Below the pieces are notes generated by a model, which was given only the letters and a program-made list of their open reading frames with translations, ran no database searches and was not told the origin of the DNA. A program made the position numbers and the translations under genes. From positions 1 through 32,000 of the forward strand of contig PAMN02000027.1 of assembly GCA_002707335.2 (NCBI GenBank): a stretch of 32,000 nt of DNA, read 5' to 3'. Source of the DNA: Methanobacteriota archaeon (GTDB lineage Archaea; Thermoplasmatota; Poseidoniia; Poseidoniales; Poseidoniaceae). Shown here one piece after another: positions 15,883-25,700 of this stretch (position 1 is the first letter of the stretch; every line of letters starts with the position of its first letter).

Positions 15883-16689
15883 ATGGAGCCACTACTAAAA
15901 CTCACTAATGTGACGTGGCGACACAAAGTAAGAGATTTTTCAAGTTGGAAACCATGGGCTAAAAAAGACGGCGCTGGCATTTATCATGTTGACCTAGAAA
16001 TTAATCCAGGTACAATACTAGGTTTAGTTGGACCAAATGGTGCTGGAAAGACGACCTTAATCCGTTCAATCTGTGGATTGTATGCTTGTGAAGGTTTTAA
16101 CAAATCTGAAAATTATAGAAGAAAATTTGTTGGATATATGCCAGAACAAGTTCGTTGGGAAGGGCGATTATCAGTCAAGGATGCGATATCATCTATTGCT
16201 GAAATGAGGTCATCATATGTTGATGTAGACAAATTGATCGATACCGTTGGGCTTTCATCTAGATCGGATGACATATTAGACAACCTTTCACAAGGTATGA
16301 GACAAAGAATGTCATTAGCATGTGCATTGATGGGCAGTCCTGAAATTATTGTAATGGATGAACCACTAAATGGCTTAGACCCTCTTGCCCAAAGAGCGTT
16401 TACGAATTTAATGAGACAATTATCTTCCAAGGGAATTTCTATAGTAATATCTTCACATCAGGTTTCAGATTTAGAAGCATTAGCAGACAAAATAGCCCTC
16501 TTACATCATGGTCAAGTCTTGATCGATGGTACCTTGGAACATATTAGGAGTAAATTAAGACTAGATTCTGATTCAGATATTGTAGAAATGATATGTGCAG
16601 TAACTGGCATTCAACCTGATGAGATTTCACTTGACATCGCTAGAGATAGTATAATCCCTCTAAGAAAGCCAGGAGGGGAAGAAGAATGA
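15883..16689 (+). CDS. ABC-2-type transporter ATP-binding protein
   Basis: Walker A GPNGAGKTT, signature LSQGMRQRMSLACAL, Walker B IIVMDEPLNGLD. Confidence 0.9.
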   Translation: MEPLLKLTNVTWRHKVRDFSSWKPWAKKDGAGIYHVDLEINPGTILGLVGPNGAGKTTLIRSICGLYACEGFNKSENYRRKFVGYMPEQVRWEGRLSVKDAISSIAEMRSSYVDVDKLIDTVGLSSRSDDILDNLSQGMRQRMSLACALMGSPEIIVMDEPLNGLDPLAQRAFTNLMRQLSSKGISIVISSHQVSDLEALADKIALLHHGQVLIDGTLEHIRSKLRLDSDSDIVEMICAVTGIQPDEISLDIARDSIIPLRKPGGEEE

Positions 16690-17504
16690 GCGGAGCCAAT
16701 CTTGGATTGCTTATCCTGAAAGAGAGAATCTCAGCAACTAGAATGATGGTGATATGGCCGCTTCTTGCTATTTTTATTCTATTTTCAAGCTGGGGTCTTT
16801 CAGATCCAAAGGCAAATCTTCCCGCTGATATTGTTGTGGATTCAGCGTATGATGTGATGTTTACGTCAACCGCTTTCATTATATTTTCAGCAACATTAGG
16901 TGCAGTATTGATATCTTTTGATGGAATTAGTAGAGACCGAATTTCCGGAGTATTGGAAGTTAAATTATCCCAACCAATGAAAAGGTCAACCTATGCAAGA
17001 GCTCTAGTAATAGGCCACTGGGGCGCTATTTTTGTACCTGTTACTATTCTCAACATCATGAGTTTGATTGTAATCTGGTACAGGATGGGAGAATTACCAA
17101 CTATTGAAGAGGTCTTCATACACACATTAGGAACAGCCTTACTTTTACTATGGTATACCACAATACAACTACTTTCATCTTCCCTTGCCAAAGATATGGG
17201 TTCGTCAATTGCGATTGGAATAGGTGCCTGGATGCTATTCACATTACTCTGGCTCATCATTACAACTGTAGTTGCTGGATTAAGCGGAATTGGTGTAGAA
17301 AACCTTGATTCTCCGGAATATGTGAGAATAGAAGGGATAATGGATTTATTCTCACCAAACGGTGTATACCATCATCTACTAGAAATGCCGCTCGATGAAA
17401 TAGATAGAGGAATTTCACCTATTGCGATAGTCGCTTCCGCAATTGCTTGGAGTCTAATTCCATTACAACTCTTTATTATGAGAATTGAAAGGCTAAAACC
17501 ATAG
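16686..17504 (+). CDS. ABC-2 family permease (NosY-like)
   Basis: 272-aa six-TM-like ORF. Its start overlaps the ATPase stop (ATGA). Typical ABC-2 permease size and topology. Confidence 0.7.
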   Translation: MSGANLGLLILKERISATRMMVIWPLLAIFILFSSWGLSDPKANLPADIVVDSAYDVMFTSTAFIIFSATLGAVLISFDGISRDRISGVLEVKLSQPMKRSTYARALVIGHWGAIFVPVTILNIMSLIVIWYRMGELPTIEEVFIHTLGTALLLLWYTTIQLLSSSLAKDMGSSIAIGIGAWMLFTLLWLIITTVVAGLSGIGVENLDSPEYVRIEGIMDLFSPNGVYHHLLEMPLDEIDRGISPIAIVASAIAWSLIPLQLFIMRIERLKP

Positions 17505-17547
17505 TTTTAGAGTAACAAACAAAGAGGGGAACTAGGTAGGGGTTACT

Positions 17548-19452
17548 ATGAAAGGAAGAATGGTTGTATTATTTTTGGTGGCATTATTCGTTTTTTTGCC
17601 TTTGAATGGCGCAGTTACAGCTGAAGATTCAGGACGTCAAGTAGACGATGTTGATTGTTCAGGATATTCATTTGAAGATTTATTTGAATATGACAATGCA
17701 GTATTCATGTTTGAGATTTTAGACGATTGGGCTACATCTGATCTCTATGCAAACTCATGGGTTAATGAAAGCCGTGCTGCAACTGTAAGAGATAATCTTG
17801 ACAGTCTTTTCGATGGATTCCCAGGTGGTAACAATGACTGGATTTCAACTGACGAGAGAGAGGCTGTTAGAGAAATCGGTGCAAAATGTATTGCAGACAT
17901 GTACACTAGAATTGGTATTCGTGAAGGTACCCCTCATAGAGGAAGTATCAATTGGAACAATGCAACATTCGTGGAGGAAGGAATTGGTCTAGAAGAAGTT
18001 AACTTAGTCCCTGATGGTCATCCTGAAGAGAGATCTTGCTCGCAAAGATATGCATTCGCTAGTGCAGACTGTAGAGAGGTTCCAACAACGGCAACTAATA
18101 ACTTAGAAATCTCGATGTACGTAAAAGATGGTGAGACACACAATACAAGATTCAATCAATTGCCCAACTCTGGCCAGAGCGATTTTACTGTCTCTATGAA
18201 TGTAACAAACATGCCGATGGCGTCAATGGTCTTCACTTTCCCATTCGTTGATGGTTTGAGGCTGGCAAATTTCTCGATACAAGATGATGGAATCGAGAAC
18301 CCATCGGGGGCTACAATCGAAGAGATTTTCCTGCCCGATGGTTCAGTTAGAATCAGTGTAGGTATTTCCTATGAGATAGGTGTTGAAACTGCTATCAGGA
18401 ACATATTCATCGATATGACAACCCAACCTCCAGAATCTAATGATGTTCCTGTGTGGACTAATGAGGCTCCTGCAGATAACACCCTTATCCCAATTCTAAA
18501 TGATGGTAGCGAAACAGTTGCAATAAAGGGCGATATTATGGCAAACTGGGCATCCGATGACGATGCTTGGGGATTAGATTGTGTCTTCACAGAAGAGGGA
18601 TGGTCTAGCAGAATGGTTGGAAGTGATTTACAAGTCACACCAGGAAACAGTCAATCTGGAACTGCAGAATGTTCACCTGTTGACCCATACGGTGCATCAA
18701 GCAACACATCTCACACTTACAAATTTGGACAACCAGCAGATATTAGCGCTACAGCAGGAACCTACAGCGATTCGGTTGATATCAGTATCACGCCAAATAT
18801 GCTGACTCAAAACTTAGCAATGACGCTGGCTCCTAATCAAGGTGCATCCGATGGAGATTCAACTTCATTCAATATTGGTTCTACCCCAAGCACTCAGACA
18901 GTAAGCCTATCTGGAATAGGTCCGGGCTTATTCCACATACATGCGACAGCAGAAGCAGAAGGCATGCTAGATTGGGATGTAATCGTTAACCTAAATTTGG
19001 AAAAGAGAAACACCCCTCCAATTCTGATGGTTTATACTGTTGATGACGATATGTATGCAACATGGTCTGCAGATGGATACTCATTCACTCTGTCTGGCAA
19101 TGCATTCGATCCGGATGGAACTGTTGTAGAATTATCTGCTACAATGTGTGACGAAACCACTACAAGTTTCACATCAGAAGGTAGTGAGTGGGTAGTCAGC
19201 CTTTCAATCGCTAAGTGTGTCTCAATGGGGCTCACAGAAAGTTATGATGTTATTATCTCAGCAAAGGACGATGTTGGTGAATTTACAACAATGGACATTT
19301 TTGTTCCAAACCCAGATGCGGAAGATGAAGCCGAAGGAGAAACAGATACTACTGAGGCAGAGGAAGAAGCCGCAGGACTACCATCAGTCGGATTATTTGC
19401 ATCATTAATCAGCATACTTGCAGCTGCTATTATTCTGAGAAAAGATAACTGA
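17548..19452 (+). CDS. Secreted, anchored protein of unknown function with a C-terminal sorting signal
   Basis: 634-aa ORF with signal peptide MVVLFLVALFVFLPLNGAVTA. An Ig/cadherin-like segment lies near the C-terminus (SGNAFDPDGTVVEL). Acidic/Thr linker EAEGETDTTEAEEEAA, then GLPSVGLFASLISILAAAIILRKDN. Confidence 0.75.
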   Translation: MKGRMVVLFLVALFVFLPLNGAVTAEDSGRQVDDVDCSGYSFEDLFEYDNAVFMFEILDDWATSDLYANSWVNESRAATVRDNLDSLFDGFPGGNNDWISTDEREAVREIGAKCIADMYTRIGIREGTPHRGSINWNNATFVEEGIGLEEVNLVPDGHPEERSCSQRYAFASADCREVPTTATNNLEISMYVKDGETHNTRFNQLPNSGQSDFTVSMNVTNMPMASMVFTFPFVDGLRLANFSIQDDGIENPSGATIEEIFLPDGSVRISVGISYEIGVETAIRNIFIDMTTQPPESNDVPVWTNEAPADNTLIPILNDGSETVAIKGDIMANWASDDDAWGLDCVFTEEGWSSRMVGSDLQVTPGNSQSGTAECSPVDPYGASSNTSHTYKFGQPADISATAGTYSDSVDISITPNMLTQNLAMTLAPNQGASDGDSTSFNIGSTPSTQTVSLSGIGPGLFHIHATAEAEGMLDWDVIVNLNLEKRNTPPILMVYTVDDDMYATWSADGYSFTLSGNAFDPDGTVVELSATMCDETTTSFTSEGSEWVVSLSIAKCVSMGLTESYDVIISAKDDVGEFTTMDIFVPNPDAEDEAEGETDTTEAEEEAAGLPSVGLFASLISILAAAIILRKDN

Positions 19453-19454
19453 GT

Positions 19455-20333
19455 GTGTTTTTGATGTTCTCGGGCACTGTTGACAGGGTTAGCCATGAAG
19501 GTGGCTTGTTGGTTTCTTATACCGGCTCATGCCCTGCATTAGGTTCTGTAATGGTTGATTCAAATGATGAATATATCGGAAAGGTAGACGGTGTAATTGG
19601 TAACACAGATAGTTCCTTAGTCCACATTGCACACTTGGACAGGAAATCAAGAGCTGAAAAATTAGTTGGTATTACCGTTCTAATTAGAACCAAAAAACCC
19701 AACCAAAACAGAACATTCGATAGAAGAAACGATCGGGGAAACGATAGAAGAAGCGATCGTAGAAACGATAGAAGGCAATCCAATCAAATCTCAAATAGCA
19801 GAGATTGGGAATGTAAAAGTTGTGGAAATTCTAACTTTTCATTTAGAACGGAATGCAATCGATGCGGCGAACCAAAGAACAGTAGATCTGGGTCAGATAA
19901 TAGGCGCAGAGATGACAGACGAGGCGGTAACAGGCGAGGAGATAACCAACAAAGAAGGGATAATTATCGCAATGACAACCGACGTGGTGACAACAGGCGT
20001 GGCGACAATCGACAGAGAAGAGATAACTTCCGTGGAGACAGACGTAACGACAATCGACGTGATGATAATAGGCAAAGAAGAGATGACTATCGTGGTGACA
20101 ATAGGCGCGGCGATAGGAGTAGGGACAACAGGGAAAGAAATTCTCCGCCAAAGCGTGCTGGAGACTGGGATTGCCCAAGTTGTGGAAAATCCAATTTTGC
20201 AAATCGAACAGAATGTTTCAGTTGTGGAAAATCAAAAAGAGTAGGTGGTCCCAGACAAAGAGGCCATCACAGAAAACAAAAGAGTCCACCAGGTTTGCAT
20301 TCTGCAAGATACGGAAGGGGTTCGAGGGATTGA
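19455..20333 (+). CDS. Gar1-like (H/ACA RNP) beta-barrel core fused to two RanBP2-type zinc fingers and Arg/Asp/Asn-rich repeats
   Basis: The N-terminus, GTVDRVSHEGGLLVSYTGSCPALGSVMVDSNDEYIGKVDGVIGN, follows the archaeal Gar1 pattern (G-x-V..G-h-L-V....P-x-L-x-x-x-V-x-D....h-G-x-V-x-x-V-h-G). Two perfect W-x-C-x2-C-x3-N-x6-C-x2-C fingers: WECKSCGNSNFSFRTECNRC and WDCPSCGKSNFANRTECFSC. Probable start is the ATG at 19464 (MFSGTV). Confidence 0.65.
   Translation: MFLMFSGTVDRVSHEGGLLVSYTGSCPALGSVMVDSNDEYIGKVDGVIGNTDSSLVHIAHLDRKSRAEKLVGITVLIRTKKPNQNRTFDRRNDRGNDRRSDRRNDRRQSNQISNSRDWECKSCGNSNFSFRTECNRCGEPKNSRSGSDNRRRDDRRGGNRRGDNQQRRDNYRNDNRRGDNRRGDNRQRRDNFRGDRRNDNRRDDNRQRRDDYRGDNRRGDRSRDNRERNSPPKRAGDWDCPSCGKSNFANRTECFSCGKSKRVGGPRQRGHHRKQKSPPGLHSARYGRGSRD
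19890..20138 (+). repeat. In-frame degenerate tandem repeats encoding (D/N)NRRGDN(R/Q)QRRD(N/D)(Y/F)R-type units
   Basis: Three units of about 20 aa each: DDRRGGNRRGDNQQRRDNYRN, DNRRGDNRRGDNRQRRDNFRG and DRRNDNRRDDNRQRRDDYRG. They are visible in both the translation and the DNA. A shorter RND-rich stretch lies at 19710-19778. Confidence 0.8.
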
Positions 20334-20334
20334 A

Positions 20335-21366
20335 ATGAGTGCTGAAGGCCATTATCTGGACGCTATTGAAGCTGAAGAAAACGGTCAATTAGAAGATGCT
20401 CTTGAACATGCTAGAAAAACAGTGGAAGTTGATCCTTCTCACTCCAATGCATGGTGGATGATTGCTCAATTATTAGCTCCAGATGGTAAATATCCTGATA
20501 TCAATCAAGCGTCCAAGGCACTGGTTGCTTGTAACAAAGTAGTAGATTTAGATCCATCAAGAGTAGATGCTTGGGTAAAAGGTGGAAGATTGATGGTAGA
20601 TCATCTAGGACTCAATGAAGATGCTCTGCATTGGTGGCAAAAATGCAGAGAGGTTGCACCTTTTGAATCCGTTCCAATAGTAGAGCAAACCACTATTCTT
20701 TCCGATTTTGGATTGTATGAAGATGCACGAGACAGGCTAGGAGCTTTATTCAAAGAAGATTTAGATATTGCAAATTCTCAACTTGCAAAAATTTCACATC
20801 TTCACAGAACTTTGGAAATGTCTGCATCACAAGACCCTGATTCCCATTTTAAACCATGGAAAAAGAACCACCCTGGTTGGTCTTCTATTAAAATCCGTTC
20901 CAATAAGGCACCAATATCTGAAAATATGATTTTCATGATGACTACAATTCCAATATTGATGATGGAAGTTTTCGCTTCTCGGTCAATTTTTGGTGAGGGG
21001 TGGGCGGCTTTTTGCATGACAAGTATACTTATTCTTGTAACTGTAATCGTTGGTATGGCATTCACTCGAAAGATATACCACAGAGTCAATAAACCCGGAT
21101 TTAATTTACTAAGGGCTATTCAATTTGAGGCAAGTAGTGGAAAAGTAGTGATACCAAATGAAATAAGAGGCTCTAAACTCTACATGTTCCTATTTTCAAG
21201 GCATCCACCTGCTTTCCAACAAAGACTTGAAAAAATAATTGAGAGTAATAAAAAATTACCTAATAATTGGAAATTCAATTTCCCTGACTTCGAGTCACAT
21301 CTTGATGAGATTGGTGAAATCGAAGAAGATGTTGAAAACGAACCTGAATCATTCGAAGAAGAATGA
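20335..21366 (+). CDS. TPR-repeat membrane protein of unknown function
   Basis: I place the start at MSAEGHYL (20335), 1 nt after the upstream TGA, not at the ORF-track start 20245. TPR-like helices (LEDALEHARKTVEVDPSHSNAWWMIAQLL, ALVACNKVVDLDPSRVDAWVKGG). Two TMs (IFMMTTIPILMMEVF, AAFCMTSILILVTVIVGMAF). Acidic C-terminus. Confidence 0.65.
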   Translation: MSAEGHYLDAIEAEENGQLEDALEHARKTVEVDPSHSNAWWMIAQLLAPDGKYPDINQASKALVACNKVVDLDPSRVDAWVKGGRLMVDHLGLNEDALHWWQKCREVAPFESVPIVEQTTILSDFGLYEDARDRLGALFKEDLDIANSQLAKISHLHRTLEMSASQDPDSHFKPWKKNHPGWSSIKIRSNKAPISENMIFMMTTIPILMMEVFASRSIFGEGWAAFCMTSILILVTVIVGMAFTRKIYHRVNKPGFNLLRAIQFEASSGKVVIPNEIRGSKLYMFLFSRHPPAFQQRLEKIIESNKKLPNNWKFNFPDFESHLDEIGEIEEDVENEPESFEEE

Positions 21367-22638
21367 TCATGTCCCAGAAGTATAATCAGTAGAATACTTG
21401 ATTTGGTCTTCTGTAAGTTCATCTATTGAGAAACCTAGTGTTCCCAATTTAGTCAATGCGAGTTCTTGATCTTGTTCCATTGTAATATCGTATACTTTGG
21501 AATCTAGGTTTCGACCTTCTTTTGCTAATCTGCACAAAGACAAGAATTGGTTTGCAAAACTCATGTCCATAACCTCAGAAGGATGGCCTTCTGCAGCTGC
21601 AAGGTTGACCAAACGCCCGTCTGCCAATAGATACAATCTTCTTCCATCAGAAAGGGTATATTCTACATTATCAGGCCTGATTGTTCTTTCAGATACTGCT
21701 TTTTCTTTCAGGTCTACTATGTTAATTTCGCAATCATAATGTCCGGTATTCGAGATAATTGCTCCATCTTTCATCATATCGATATGCTTTCCAGTAATTA
21801 TATCCTTCATGCCTGTCGCTGTACAGAAAATATCTCCTAGTGGTGCTGCATCATCCATTTTCATAACTCTAAACCCTTCCATTACAGCTCTTAATGCTGG
21901 CAGAGGGTCTACCTCTGTGATTATGACATTTGCACCCATTCCTTTAGCCCTCATTGCCAAACCACTGCCACAGTGTCCATAGCCTGCTATGACGAATGTT
22001 TTTCCTGCTATCAAAACGCTGGTTGCTCTAAGAATCCCATCAATTGTTGATTGTCCAGTTCCGTATACGTTATCAAAATCCCACTTTGTAACTGCATCAT
22101 TAACAGCGATAACTGGGTAGTTTAGATGGCCTGAATCTGCCATTGCTCGCAGTCTGTGAACTCCTGTGGTTGTTTCTTCAGTTCCACCAATTACAGTTTC
22201 AGCATATTCTGATTTTTCGCCATGAACTCTGACGATTAAATCTGCACCATCATCCAAGGTAAGTGTTGGCTTAAATTCCAAGGTTTTGTCGATACACCAA
22301 TAGAAGTCTTCTCTGGATTGACCATGCCAAGCATGCACTGAGTATCCTTCTCTTGCTAGCCAAGCGGCAACGTCATCCTGTGTTGACAATGGATTGCATC
22401 CAGACCAGGAGATTTCTGCGCCTGCTGCCCTTATTGTTTCAATTAGTACTGCTGTTTCTTTGGTTACGTGTAGACATCCTGCCACTCGCATGCCTGCAAG
22501 AGGTTTTTCTTTCTCAGCTTGCTCTTTCAGTGCTGCAAGAACTGGCATCCTTGATCTTGCCCAATCTACTCTAAGAGCACCTTCGTCTGCGAGCCCGATG
22601 TCTGCGACTGTGTACAAATCACCCTTGTCCATAGTCAT
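21367..22638 (-). CDS. ahcY: Adenosylhomocysteinase (S-adenosyl-L-homocysteine hydrolase)
   Basis: Contains CLHVTKETAVLIETIRAAGAEISWSGCNPLSTQDD, GGTEETTTGVHRL, NDAVTKWDFDNVYGTGQS and the NAD-binding GYGHCGSGLAMRAKGMGANVIITEVDP. Start is ambiguous among 22659, 22638 and 22632. Confidence 0.95.
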   Translation of the reverse strand: MTMDKGDLYTVADIGLADEGALRVDWARSRMPVLAALKEQAEKEKPLAGMRVAGCLHVTKETAVLIETIRAAGAEISWSGCNPLSTQDDVAAWLAREGYSVHAWHGQSREDFYWCIDKTLEFKPTLTLDDGADLIVRVHGEKSEYAETVIGGTEETTTGVHRLRAMADSGHLNYPVIAVNDAVTKWDFDNVYGTGQSTIDGILRATSVLIAGKTFVIAGYGHCGSGLAMRAKGMGANVIITEVDPLPALRAVMEGFRVMKMDDAAPLGDIFCTATGMKDIITGKHIDMMKDGAIISNTGHYDCEINIVDLKEKAVSERTIRPDNVEYTLSDGRRLYLLADGRLVNLAAAEGHPSEVMDMSFANQFLSLCRLAKEGRNLDSKVYDITMEQDQELALTKLGTLGFSIDELTEDQIKYSTDYTSGT

Positions 22639-22673
22639 CGGCGGTAACAACCACCTCATATTTCAATCGGTTA

Positions 22674-22703
22674 ACAGATTCTGCCGTTACCGGCAGAACC
22701 TGT
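22674..22703 (-). other. Intergenic hairpin: TTCTGCCG-(4 nt loop)-CGGCAGAA core, with 4 further base pairs after one mismatch
   Basis: Read directly from the sequence. It lies in the 58-nt spacer between the giant-protein stop (22718) and the ahcY start. On the minus-strand RNA a U5 run precedes it. Confidence 0.5.
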
Positions 22704-22717
22704 GTCCCAAAAATTCA

Positions 22718-25700
22718 CTATTGCTGCCCTTGGAAGTGAGCGGCATATTGTTGGGCATAGGCCCGTGCCGTTTCTTCAGGGTAACCTTGAGCAATCAACT
22801 GCTGTACGTATTGTTCCATTGGATCCATTTGTGCAACTGCTCCGTAAGCATCAGCTCCTCCAGCCCAGCCAGTATCGCCTTGCATCATTTCATCTTCATC
22901 TCCACCTTTGAGAACAAAGAATAGTGTTAGTACAACAATCAATAGAAGCGCTCCACCGCCACCGAGATACAGAATCAAGTTATCGTCTCCGCCTGATTCT
23001 GCAGAATTATCAACTGGTGCTTTGTCTGGAATTCCATCACCATCAGAGTCTGTATATTCTCCTGACCATTCACATTCTTTTGTATCTGCATTCCAAATCC
23101 AATAAGCGTCTTGTTCTGCAACTAGTACTTCGTTACTCGGCAAATCTCCTTGACAAGCATCAAGTCTAATTTCTATCCAATAAACAATCGGCCATCTCTT
23201 GTCTTCTCCTTCGTATATCTTCAAGTAAATTTCCTTGTCATAAGTAGTATTGTTATACAAATCTGTAAGTGTTAGAGTTAGTTCGAATGAATCTCCATTT
23301 CCTAGAGGTAGACTCTTACGCCATTCACCAGACTTATTCAGGGTAAACTTCGATACAGCGGATGCATCAAATGAATCTCTATCTAGTGCTGCTTCGACAT
23401 AAACATCGCCTTGCTCAGCACCATCAAGGATATTACCTGATAATGTGATTGTGTCGTTAGAGTAGGTTGAACCATTCAAGTTCACGTCGATTTGAACGGT
23501 AGGCTCTTCGTCTCCAAATCCTTCAGGCACTACAGAGAAATACATTTTGTATCTCTCTGATAATTTATCTGCTTTGTCAATTACAACCAATTCAATTCGT
23601 ATTAGAGACTCGGTTTGACCACTAGGGTCGACTGTCACGTTACTGAATGTATAAGCCCATTTGCCATCGCTTGAACTAGGCATAATGAAACTGTGTGCTG
23701 GTGGAATAGATGTATCATCGTATTCTTTGTCAAAGAGTACTGTCCACTCATATGTTTCTATTCCATTTCCAGTAACTGCATCAGGATCGTTAGATTCACT
23801 AGCGTCAAAGTAAACCGTAAGTGAGCCTGTTTCATCCAAGTGAATTCGGTTTTGAGGCCAATCTACACCAGATGCTGTCTTTACTCCTTGACTTTCAATT
23901 CTCTCTGCATAGGAATCTCTCATCTCTATTTCCACGCTAGCAGTTGGAGGATCTGCGTCTGCCTTTGTATCGTCTGTCATTACTGTAGCAGATAGTACTC
24001 TGGAATGCCCCTCGTTGTCGTGTAGATACAATTTTACATTCCATGTAGCACCTTGCTGACAGTTAGTTGCGGATGAAAGATCTACCTTACAGAATGTAGT
24101 TGTTGGACTCATCAAATCTGTGTGAGATGTGCCACTAGCCATTGATGCTCCATTCCAATCAGTAGGTCCATCTAGAACCCAATCAGTTTCTAACGCAGAA
24201 GTAGATGTACTTGTGTATCCAAATGTTATCTCCGCGTTGCTCTTCATGTAGGTGTATGCATATCCACCAGTTGAAGGGTCAATAGAAGGTGTGTCCCCAT
24301 TAATGGTCAATTGTGTTCCATTTTGTGTAAATCCGTCAGGATATGGGGATACGTGATAGCCCAACATGTTACCTAATAGTGGGAATGTGGTGCTGTTGGC
24401 TCTTTCAGAAACACTTGCTACATCTATAGTTGTAACAATCATTCCGCCATCCAGGTAACTACAGACTCCAAGAACTGTGTCTTGTTGATCTACTTCTGAT
24501 TGAAGGATTCGTTGGAAGGAACCTCCTGATTCAGAGTAGCCACCACATGCACGAGGAACAGATGTTGCAGAAGCGCTCTTTGTGTTAATTATAGCTTCAG
24601 TTACAGTTCCAAATTGGTCAAACCCTTGGAATGCTGCCACATCGACTCCGTCCAAAATTGGATGGTATGGGTCAGCAACTTCCATGTTACTGTATGTTAT
24701 TCTATTGTTGGCATCTGCCTTAGGCTTGATGTCCATATCAAACGGCAACAAACTTTCACCGGTTGAAGAGGAATACTCGTAGTAATCAGTATCTCCTGAA
24801 AGGTGAACTTGAACAGTTCCACCAGAAGACATGAAATTCTTGAGTACCAATTGGTTAGAAGACTTGCCAATTACTTCATAGTAACCACGTCCACCTTCGT
24901 CTACTGGTTTAGCAGTGTTTGGATCTTGCCAAGGCATGATGACCTTATCGTAGTGAGAGATCCATCCAAGATCTAGGTATTCGTCCCAATCGTTGATGTC
25001 ATATTGAGTGTATGTCATTCCTAGGATTTGGATATCTTCCTTAATTGCAGAAACTCTTGTAGAATCTCCCGACAGTATTGCTACATCGATTTGGTCTGCA
25101 AATGCTGCGTGGAAGTATCGAACATTTCCAGATGTCTTTCCATCAGGTAATGTTGCATGGAAACTGATGTTGTACATGTGACCATCAGTCCATCCGTTCC
25201 ATGGGGTGAAAGACAGTCCTGTCTTTTCATTTGGAGCCAGAGTTTTACTTGGACCAGCGGTGGTAGTATGGACTTCAGTCCCGTCTGCCATGTCTACAAC
25301 TGTCATGTGGAATACATAATCACCTTGTAGAACTCCATTTGTTGCTGACAGTTCCCAGTCATGAGTTAGGGAAGAGTCAATTGGCAACATACAATCCATC
25401 ACTACATCTGATAAACAAGATATTTGATCAGGTTTTCCTAGAGTGATATCTACACTTTCCACCGAGAAGATTACTTGAGCAAGATTGTTTGCAACTGAGA
25501 CTTCTTCTGCTCCAAACCAGCTTGTTCCTGCTGTTGTGTTATCGAAAATTGATTCGATTTCAATCTTGTAAACTCCAGAATAGAATTCATGGTTTGCTAC
25601 TGGAATTGTTCTGTTTTCTTCAGCATCTAGGTCTTGAACTGTAGTAGTGTAAACCGCATCTTGGCTGAATGTGAACTCCTGTAAGGAAATATTGTCGAAT

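Noticed and set aside
19822-20244. 140-aa plus-strand ORF, and antisense ORFs (19843-20202, 19893-20075, 19517-19783), inside the Gar1-ZnF gene
   Set aside because: They lie in alternative frames of the codon-repetitive Arg/Asp/Asn region. Stop codons are depleted in all frames of repetitive sequence. The translations are low-complexity (T/V/I-rich or C/H/Y-rich) with no motif, whereas the frame I call carries two perfect zinc fingers.
20245-20334. ORF-track start of the TPR gene at 20245, overlapping the Gar1-ZnF gene by 89 nt
   Set aside because: The first 30 codons lie within the upstream gene's C-terminus. An ATG at 20335 immediately follows that gene's stop, and the TPR-like sequence begins there.
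22394-22924. 176-aa plus-strand ORF spanning ahcY, the spacer and the end of the giant gene
   Set aside because: It is antisense to two strongly supported genes and crosses an intergenic hairpin. Its Ser/Leu/Cys-rich translation is typical of antisense frames.
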